From the NCBI RefSeq assembly GCF_000315625.1, contig NW_005434656.1, positions 1-64,000 of the forward strand: a DNA stretch of 64,000 bases, given 5' to 3'. Under the pieces are notes generated by a model that was given only the letters and a program-made list of their open reading frames with translations, made no database searches and had not been told where the DNA came from. Positions within the stretch are counted from its first letter, which is position 1; the number at the start of each line of letters is the position of its first letter. The translations under genes were made by a program, and so were the position numbers. Shown in pieces: positions 1-8,304 of this stretch. Origin of the DNA: Guillardia theta CCMP2712. Its lineage: Eukaryota > Protista > Cryptophyta.

Positions 1-5
1 CGGTA

Positions 6-274
6 CGCTTGCAGCTTCCTTGGCGCCCTGGCGGCTTCCCCTACACCTGACGAGGAGCCATGCTGCCGAAAATAACGGCGCCTGCCGAAAATAACGGCGC
101 CTGCCGAAAATAACGGCGCCTGCCGAAAATAACGGCGCCTGCCGAAAATAACGGCGCCTGCCGAAAATAACGGCGCCTGCCGAAAATAACGGCGCCTGCC
201 GAAAATAACGGCGCCTGCCGAAAATAACGGCGCCTCGCCGAAAATAACGGCGCCTGCCGAAAATAACGGCGCCT
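6..274 (-). mobile_element. Invariant end of a further copy of the telomere-associated element (cut by window edge)
   Basis: 6-83 is identical to 2707-2784; followed by expanded 19-bp repeat and CCCTAAA tract. Confidence 0.75.
65..274. repeat. 19-bp tandem repeat GCCGAAAATAACGGCGCCT x11
   Basis: 11 exact units counted, one extra C at 236; single unit at 2766-2784. Confidence 0.98.
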
Positions 275-300
275 CCTAAACCCTAAACCCTAAACCCTAA
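275..300. repeat. Telomeric repeat tract (CCCTAAA)n / TTTAGGG
   Basis: cctaaa ccctaaa ccctaaa ccctaa; plant-type telomere motif. Confidence 0.95.
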
Positions 301-372
301 GTACACGGCCTACAATGCGAACCCTGCTTCTGAGGCGTCTTTCTACTCTCTACTTCTGCTGTCTTCTCTTGG

Positions 373-585
373 CTTCCTCAGCCTCAGTCAGGAGAGTTGC
401 CTCTCCTCACCTTGGCCTTCGGTCACCACCTACTCTACCTCCATTCAGCTTCCTCAGCCTCAGTCAGAAGAGTTGCCTCTCCTCACCTTGGCCTTCGGTC
501 GCCACCTACTCGTCCTCCATTCAGCTTCCTCAGCCTCAGTCAGGAGAGTTGCCTCTCCTCACCTTGGCCTTCGGTCGCCTCCTAC
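373..585. repeat. 76-bp tandem repeat x~2.8
   Basis: Units start 373, 449, 525 (cttcctcagcctcagtcaggagagttgcc...) with few substitutions. Confidence 0.95.
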
Positions 586-610
586 CTTCTCTCCTTACCT
601 TGGGCTCAGC

Positions 611-2700
611 TCAAGCTCGGTACGGGCTCGCCCCGTCTTCTTCCTCGCCCTCGCCTTGCTCTTCCTCCATGTCTTCCTCTTCTTCGTCATCTTCCCTCAT
701 CTCCACTCGCAGTCGGTCCTTCTTGTCCACCTTCAGCGAGCAGGCCAGCACATGCATCTCTGCGAATTTACTCAGTGCTATGAACAGGAGGCTAAGAGAT
801 CGACGCTCTATGTCGTCGCTCTCCGCCTCCTGCTCAAGCTCAGCAGCTGCCGTTGCCCGTGGCGAGAACGCGCTGCCCCTCCTTGCCTTCTTGCTCTCTC
901 CTTGCACGCGAGTCCAGCGCTTGCTCTGCAGCCACTTCCCCAGCTTCTCCTTGAGAACGTTGCGCCCCACTCCCTGCTCCTCTGGCATCTTCGCCCACTC
1001 TCCCAGCGACATGAACTCCAGGCTCCCCGGAGAGTAGAAGGTGTCGTGGAGGTTGCCAACGGCCTTGTCCAGGACCAGCTTGATCGGCTCGCTCGTCCCC
1101 GCCTCGTTCAAAGAAGTTGCATCTTCGATGACTGCTGACAGCTCGCTGACGAGCTGCATGTCCTCTTGGCTTGACGGAGATGCTGCCTCCATTGTGATCC
1201 TCTCCAGGTCTGTAAACTCCAGCCACTCTCCCTCGCTCTCCTCCTGTCGCTGCGCTGCGTCGCTGGTGCCAGGCTCCTTGTCGAAGCCGACTGCTTCGAG
1301 CTTGGTTGCTGCGCCTTCGAGATAGAAGGGCAGCTCCTTCATCATGCGTCGAGCATCCTCCGTGGAGCCGAGGAGGATGCATAGCTTGGACCCGTTCCAG
1401 GACTTGGTGTTCAAATCCTCCTCCATGTCGATGCCTTCAACTTTGATCTCGAGCCTGTTAGCGATCTCCAACAGGACTCTCTTGACTCTTGCGATGGACG
1501 TGTTGCCGCCGTTGCACAGCCCCTCCATCTCCTTCCTCGTGAAGCGACCAGATGCCGCCGTCGACTTGATGATGATCTTGATCTCCTTGCCGTCCTTGCC
1601 GCCTGCCTTCTTCTGCAGTCTTGATGCCTTCTTCAACTTATTTCTGGACACAAAGCGATCAGCTGTCAACTCGACTGCGAGCGCCTCTCTGATCTTCGGG
1701 TCCTCGCTGAACAGAGTCAGGTGTACTCCCTCCATCGCTTCGCTCTCTCGGAAAGCTCGAAATGCTGTATCATTCGCCTCTGGGCAGCTCGAGGAGACGA
1801 TCCACTCCACCTCCCTCTGTCTCCAGATGACGTTGGCCCCTACAGCGACGAAGCCTTTCTGACCTAAGCCTTTGTGGACTTGCTGTCCTGGCGCCCCAGC
1901 GACCAGCATGCCTGCCAGCGGCTGGAGTTGGACCGCTGCAAGGGACTGGCGCAGCAGCTGATAGCGATAGACGGCAGCTATCTCAGCCGTTGTCATGCCG
2001 CCAAAGGTTAACAGGTGAGTCAGCTCTGCCAAGCTGCCCCCTTTGCCCCAGGGTCCTCTCTTGGCTCGAATCTTGAAAGATCGATCGTGCACGATGCTCA
2101 CATCCGCTTGTGCATTGCGGAGGAAGGAAACAGTCACCGGGATCTCCTCAGCACTCGCTATCTCGGGTCTATACGGAGCCTTCCACATGATTGCTTTACT
2201 CTCTTGCACTGAGTCTACGATCAGTCCAATTTCTTCGAATTTCTTCTTTAGCTTTTCTTCATGGTTGACATACACCGAGGAGATGCCCAGGAGAGTCATG
2301 GAGATGAAGGAAGTCACCTCGTTGCCTGCTGAGGCGGTGTATGTCTCGACCTTCTCCTTCTTGGCTTCTTCAATCTGCTGCATAAACCACTCTCTGGATG
2401 CGTCACTCCATCCAGTCATCGCTTCTTGTAGAAGCTCACGTCGTGCCTGCTGACATGTCGAGCGGATGGCTTCTGCGATAGCGTCGGGGGTCACCCCTCC
2501 ACAGCCTTGCAAGCCTGGGCTGTCCTGCTGTTCGGATAACGCTTCGCGAAGCTCTTCACCCTCTCGACGAGATCAGCTTCGAGGACAGAGGCATCCACAA
2601 GTCCGCTCTGCGTGTATTGGCATGATCTCCGATACAGCAGGTTGCGAACATTTTCATCATACTGAAGAACCATACTTAGAAAGCTATTTGAAGTATACAA
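611..2700 (-). CDS. Element-encoded ORF1/gag-like protein (~700 aa), 1-nt frameshift near 2503
   Basis: ORFs 2491-2700 and 611-2512 are one frame in copy B (SRTAYACRAEGGCTPDAI vs SRTAQACKA/GGVTPDAI); RRM-like segments (MTLLGISSVYVNHEEKLKKKFEEIGLIVDSV; LCILLGSTEDARRMMKEL); acidic tail; no RT motifs seen. Confidence 0.55.
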
Positions 2701-2784
2701 ACCTCTCGCTTGCAGCTTCCTTGGCGCCCTGGCGGCTTCCCCTACACCTGACGAGGAGCCATGCTGCCGAAAATAACGGCGCCT

Positions 2785-2804
2785 CCTAAACCCTAAACCC
2801 TAAA
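2785..2804. repeat. Telomeric repeat tract (CCCTAAA)x3
   Basis: cctaaa ccctaaa ccctaaa. Confidence 0.95.
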
Positions 2805-3180
2805 CGATAGCGTCGGGAGTGCATCCCCCCTCAGCTCTGCAAGCATAAGCTGTCCGACTATTCGGATACCGCTTCGCGAAGCTCTTCACCTTCTCGACGA
2901 GGTCGGCCTCCTCGACGTGGCCTCCAGAGCGCTCACCCTGCGGGTATTGGCATGATCTCCGATACAGCAGGTTGCGAACGCTCTCATCATACTGTAGTAC
3001 CATGCTTAGAAAGCTTTTTGAACGATGATACAAACCTCTTGCTCGCAGCTTCCACCGGTCCCCTTGCGCTCTCCCTACGCGCCGCAGGGCAGCATGCTCT
3101 TACTAAGGGCCGGCCATGCTCTTACTAAGGGCCAGCCAAGCTCTTACTAAGGGCCGGCCATGCTCTTACTAAGGGCCGGC
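2805..3180 (-). mobile_element. Diverged, truncated copy (B) of the telomere-associated element
   Basis: ORF SFLSMVLQYDESVRNLLYRRSCQY...EADLVEKVKSFAKRYPNSRTA matches copy A; cut at TPDAI and capped by telomeric repeats. Confidence 0.8.
3093..3180. repeat. 22-bp tandem repeat CATGCTCTTACTAAGGGCCGGC x4
   Basis: Four units, two single substitutions. Confidence 0.97.
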
Positions 3181-3210
3181 CCTAAATCCTAAACTCTAAA
3201 TCCTAAACCC
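3181..3210. repeat. Degenerate telomeric tract
   Basis: cctaaa tcctaaa ctctaaa tcctaaa ccc. Confidence 0.85.
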
Positions 3211-3431
3211 GGGCCTAAGGCTCCCTCCCTTGCCCTGACTCACTGAGATGTCGTCTGCTCGTGCTACCTCGGATCTGTATGGTGCTTTCCACATGATGGC
3301 CTTGTCGACTCTATCGACTGAGTCTACTGTGAGCCTCGGAGTCCAAGGGAGGTCTCCTGACGGCGGTGCCTTCGGTGCCGATGTATGTCTCGACATTCTG
3401 CTTCTTGGCCTCCTCCATCTGTTGCATAAAC
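3211..3431 (-). pseudogene. Internally deleted fragment (C) of the element ORF
   Basis: FMQQMEEAKKQNVETY, VDSVDRVDKAIMWKAPYRSEVARADDI and GKGGSL match FMQQIEEAKKEKVETY, VDSVQESKAIMWKAPYRPEIASAEEI and GKGGSL of copy A. Confidence 0.8.
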
Positions 3432-3526
3432 TTAAACCTAAACCCTAAACCCTAAACCCTAAACCAGGCTCTCGACTCTGCCAGTGAGCTAAACCCCGGC
3501 GAGGCTAAACCCTAAACCCTAAACCC
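3427..3526. repeat. Interrupted telomeric tracts (3427-3465, 3489-3497, 3505-3526)
   Basis: Multiple CCCTAAA units separated by short unique spacers. Confidence 0.9.
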
Positions 3527-4190
3527 GAAGACTTACATCACACTGAAGAACCTTACTTAGAAAGCTGTTTGAACTATAAAAATCACTCGTGGCATTAGCT
3601 GTTAGTGCTCTGTGATTTGCTGCTCCCCCTATCACACAGCCGTCTACCGTCCGAGATTGAAGAATGATGTTGGGTAAGGTGTCCTCGTCTGGTGGGCCAG
3701 TTTTGCCTCTATCAACTCCTGAGTCTACCATATTGAGAAAGTGAAGAGCCTCCCTTCTTAGCTTGTCTGCTTATGTGAGAGCGTTCGATGTGCGGAAAGG
3801 TCTGCAAGGAATTTCTTGAGAGTCTCGTCTGCTTTTGTTGTGATAGAGACGAGGGGGAATATCATGGGGCTCTCCGCATGTTGATCCTTGCGGCATTTTA
3901 AAGATCGAAAACACTCGATTTGGAAATTTGTTTGGAAGCAACCAACCAGGTCCCCTTTCCCTTCTTGGCATTGATCTTTGCAGGCCCTAGCTAGGAAGAT
4001 TCTGTAACAGGCCCAGTTCTCCTTGATCATCCTCCTTAAGCTGTTCTCGTCACGGTCCGAGACCCTTGCCTCTTGTAGCAGCACGACCTCAAGTTGGAAG
4101 GACTGAATTAGGTACGCGAGGATGTGTTTGAGAACAAAGTGATTGCACCCATTCACGTTTTGTGAGATGAGGAAACCTGGGTCTGAACTT
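3527..4190 (-). pseudogene. Non-LTR retrotransposon AP-endonuclease relic joined to a diverged element-ORF start
   Basis: FLISQNVNG...EVVLLQEARV matches APE motifs SxNVNG and LQE; disrupted downstream; FYSSNSFLSKVLQCD matches LYTSNSFLSMVLQYD of copy A. Confidence 0.6.
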
Positions 4191-6276
4191 TTTCAATGAA
4201 GCTGTGTCCAATCCTTCACTCTGCATTTTCTTACTCAGCTCCTTCGCACTCTGGGAGTTATTCTCTCCTGTGTGTGTTTTGTCCTCGAGTTCAACTGAGT
4301 CCTCACCTATTTGACTTGGATGATCTACCTAGATCCCATAGCAAGAACCGGAATTCTTTAGACACCTTCCACCTCCTACTCTAATATTCAGACGTTGAGG
4401 CTGAATTACAAGAACGCTCCGCCCAATCTTCCCTTCTTATTGTTATTTGGCAGGCGAGTCAATTTTTTGCTTTACAAAATAACTCTCCCAGCGACAAGGC
4501 AGTGGCAGGAGAAGGAGATGTATCATACAGGAACCCAACGGCCTTGTCAATCCATTCTGAACCTTTCTCTTGTTCATCATAATTGTCACTTCAGGCAGTC
4601 ATGACACACAAATTTGAAAACTTTACTTCTCTGTTGTAATATCATCAAAAAAATCTTTCGGCCATTCTCCTCTAGAACTGCGCGTCAATCACTACGAAAC
4701 AAATTCAACGAAAGATATCTTCACGTAATCATCACAAGGATCCTTTGCAGATTAGTTCCATTCTGGGGCCTTTGAACAACCTTCCTGCAGCATTCTTCAG
4801 TAGTAATTGCTTACGGGGTCAGAAACTGCTGAACCTGGAAAGTGGTGGGAAAAGGATTGGAAAATGATCTGCTATCTCTGCTCTCCGAAAAAGTGCATCA
4901 CCTGTTCTGCTTGAATAAGGTACAAAGCATTCAAATGCGAGCTCGAGGGACCCGGTTGCATGTTCAATTCGTGCATCAGCCCATTGGGAAACGTCTGGAC
5001 GAATGGCGAAGGATGCTGCAAGAGCTGCAATGTTTTCAATTTGATTAACCATACATGTCCAAACGAACCACAATTGCGCTCTGCTTCATAACTGATGGTC
5101 CTAGAAAGTCGTTGTGATCCTGCGGGACGATCCACTATTCAGAGACAGACCGGATCCTGCCAGAGCAAGCAAACCAAACGAAGCAATGATTCCAACTCAA
5201 TATTCGATGGAAGCGCATCGATCACCTCGCCCAGACCTTCTATAAGCGCATTCTGTTGAATATCAAACCACACATAACTTGGACAGAAATAGTACAGGGT
5301 CTTTCAATTTTGTAAGATCTGCAATTTCTCCAGAAAACCTCAAGTCCGGCGAGCCTTGGATTCTACACCAACTGCAGCCAGAGTGACAAATGATTGTGTC
5401 AAAGATTGTGACAATCCAACTTTGCCGTGTGAAGACATCGCATCATTCGTGGTAGAGTATGTTGGTCTGCTACAAGCCCTTGCAGCACCTTCAGCAGCGC
5501 CTTTCCCGACATTCCGACCCAAACTTGCTGTGAACCCTCGTCCCCACCTTGACCTATTGATCAAGGACTCTAACTGGGACTCTAACAGCTGCTCTAACAG
5601 GGACTCTAAGGCACAGCGGCACTCCCGGAGTCCTGCCCCGGGCAGTGCAAGCCTCGGACTCCGCCAGGGACTCCGCAGCATTTAATGAACCATTGAGCGA
5701 CAAACAAGCCGGGCCTCGTAACTTCCGGCCTGAGTTCGTCAGGCCCGCCGATTCCGGGACCGCTGAGTCGAACTCAGCTCGGACTCCGGGACCTGCAGTG
5801 CAGCAGCCAGAATCATCGGAGACCTGCCGCAGCGCCAAGCCCCTGACTTGCTAATAAAATCTCAGATCGATCTGGCTAAGTTCAGGCAACTTGATTATCT
5901 TTTATTTACTGCCTCAGGCTGGGCCTGCCCGGCCTGACTCAAAGTCGCAAGCACGTCAGCAGCGATCCGTTCTTGTGCTTCCTGTCGCCCTGTGTTGTGT
6001 GTGACATTCATTGATCGAGCTCCTGAACGAACTCGTGTAAGTAATCGTCTGAGACTCGGACTAAGAAGCACAGGGCATACCTGCTATTGTTGCGAAATTA
6101 ATCGCGCCTGCTAATGTGGAATGCATCGGTATCTCTGTTGAAGCACCTGGGGATGGCATGAAAAATGGAACGACTCTGAATTAACCGCCACAATCTAAAA
6201 AAAAATAGAAGAACAAGAAAACCTACCAATCCATGGTTTCGGCAAAGGAAGGAGCCCTTCCTTTAAAAAGTTGCGA

Positions 6277-7330
6277 TCAATGCCTTGCGTGAAAATAAAT
6301 CAAATCCTCTACCGTCATCGCAGAAATGTTGGTTGACGCAATCCTGGTTTGTAAAGGAGCAATCCCTGACTCCTGTATGTTGTCACCTTTGACAATATGA
6401 GTTCGATGTCTCACCTTTGAAAATCCCCTCTCAGGATTCGACGGAAAACTGGGATGAACAAGCACATGATAAGTATCGGAAGACTGAAAGCCCATCGTAT
6501 GTGAAATTAACCGATGCCCTTTAATTCCAGATGAGAACGAATGTGAAGACAAAGCCGAACACGTTTGCACGAAGGTTGGTAACTCAGGTGGTGGAGCAAG
6601 AATGGATTGAATCGAAAGGTTCTTCCTTTCGCTTTCACGGGAAGGAATACTTTGCACGTTGCCAGTATAATTCCATATTGAGCCTGAGTTCTGACGAGAT
6701 GAACACGACAAACCTGATCATCCACACACACACATCAACTAGAATGTGCCGATGTAACACTATCTCACCCTTGCGAACGCAATGAGAACAAGGTCTGAAG
6801 AGGTCGCATCCAGTCTTAGCCTTTGCACCTGAACAAATATCAACATGTATGAAATGAGATTTTGCCAGCACAAGCATAGCAAGCGGCTCCTCGGCTTATC
6901 TGACGTCTGATCACCTTCTTTCCCCCTTCCAACTGTGGCAGACGGGTCATACATAGTTGAATAGGAACAAAAGGCGCTAACTATAACATCTGCTTGATTC
7001 CTGTAAGGCGATGACGATCGCTGGTCTCTGCACGTCAACGACAATCTGAGACATCTACATCTTGTGACTTTCAATCAAAACAATGCAAACGTCAATCACC
7101 TCGTGCAAGGGCGTTCCTCATCACATGCCTTCTTTGCAAGAGCACAACAAAAACAGGCACCAGAGATTCTTTGTTTTTGCCTTGGTACGTGGACCAAATC
7201 TAATGCTTCGATCTTGGGTTCAGCATTATGTTCCAGTTGAGTTGCTTTGGTTTCAGGCAAAAGACAGAAGCCCAGCATGCAGAGGGATTATTATCCTTCC
7301 TTCGATCAGTATTCTAGTGAAATACTGCCA
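6277..7330 (-). CDS. Probable multi-exon hypothetical protein (boundaries uncertain)
   Basis: Chain of minus-strand ORFs separated by short GT-AG-like gaps; no recognisable motif. Confidence 0.25.
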
Positions 7331-8304
7331 AGCCCTAAGCCAAGTCCTACCATGTACTGATTTTCGTTAGTAAACAGAATGCTGTCATTTATCGTCCAAG
7401 AGATTTGATGGCGAAGGGAAGGATAGCAAGGCAGGGCAGGGTGGTGGTGGGGAGGTGGTTGTGGTTATTAACTCTAAATCGAGAATCACACATGTGGTGT
7501 CACTAGTCCAAAGAAGATGACTAATCTAAATCTACCATGCTTCTCTTGCCACAACAACCATCCACCTCCGTCCATTTGCTTTCAATGTTGTTCTTGCTGT
7601 ACTACTCTCCCTCGCCCACATGCTTCTCACTCTTTCTCTTGTCTCCCTCCCCCTCCCCCTCCCCCTCCCCCCGCCCTCTCCCGCCAACGCTCTCCCATGT
7701 TGTCTCTGTCGTGTCCAACGAGTCTCATTTCGTCTATCCCTGCACGTAATCCGTCCAGAGGTTGTTGTCTTGAAAACTATTGTATCACGAGTTCAACAGT
7801 TCTAAAATAAAAGTTCATACTTCATTCGGTACCAACAAATTGTTTTAACGTTATAAAAGCATGTCTTCAGAGGTCAAGCTAGTCAATACTTTTCTTTCGT
7901 TCGCAATCAGCAAAGGGCCGCAGAGAAGAACTAAGCAGCAAATGTGAGAATGTCTCGGCCCCGGTTCTTGCCAACGAAATGTGTATCTCGTGTCCATTGC
8001 AAGTACGGTCACGGGTCAATACAAGCAGCGAAGGAGCTAGAAAGCAAAGCTTTCTAAGCAGGTCCAACCATACGAATGCAATTGCAATCTGTTACCACTA
8101 CTCGAAACTTCAAGTATTATCTAACAAATCTCAAAGATTAGTAGGACTTTCTTCAGTTCAGATATGATGATCTTGGTTCATCGAGAGCCAATCTGCCGAG
8201 AAACATCATGAAATGGTAGGAAGGAGCAAATATTCCAGCGCAGGCGGAAGAAGTTAACTATTTGTAAAGAAACGAATTCATTTACATGTCTCCTAAAGTA
8301 CTCT

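Larger units (their letters stand above)
301..2784 (-). mobile_element. Telomere-embedded retroelement-like unit, longest copy (A)
   Basis: Bounded on both sides by CCCTAAA tracts; homologous truncated copies at 6-274, 2805-3180, 3211-3431, 3527-3640; long intronless ORF. Confidence 0.7.

Noticed and set aside
1-7. First 7 nt (CGGTACG) match 618-624, hinting that the distal copy is an internal deletion derivative
   Set aside because: Seven bases at the window edge are compatible with chance
41-83. Hammerhead-ribozyme-like core CTGACGA-stem-GAAA at the element end (also 2748-2773), as in Penelope/Terminon ends
   Set aside because: Could not build stems I and III or an NUH site, and the motif is absent from subfamily B; an Infernal search would settle it
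65-274. CRISPR-like array
   Set aside because: No spacers, contiguous units, eukaryotic context, no cas genes
315-2453. Long plus-strand ORFs over the element
   Set aside because: Ser/Leu-rich antisense shadows of the minus-strand ORF and of the 76-bp repeat
3600-3640. CVIGGAAN as the APE GGDFN catalytic motif
   Set aside because: Aligns equally well with GVGEAA at the element ORF start, so not used as endonuclease evidence
5565-5612. 12-bp imperfect repeat (GACTCTAACxGG) x4 in a 109-aa ORF
   Set aside because: Short, degenerate, no supporting gene structure
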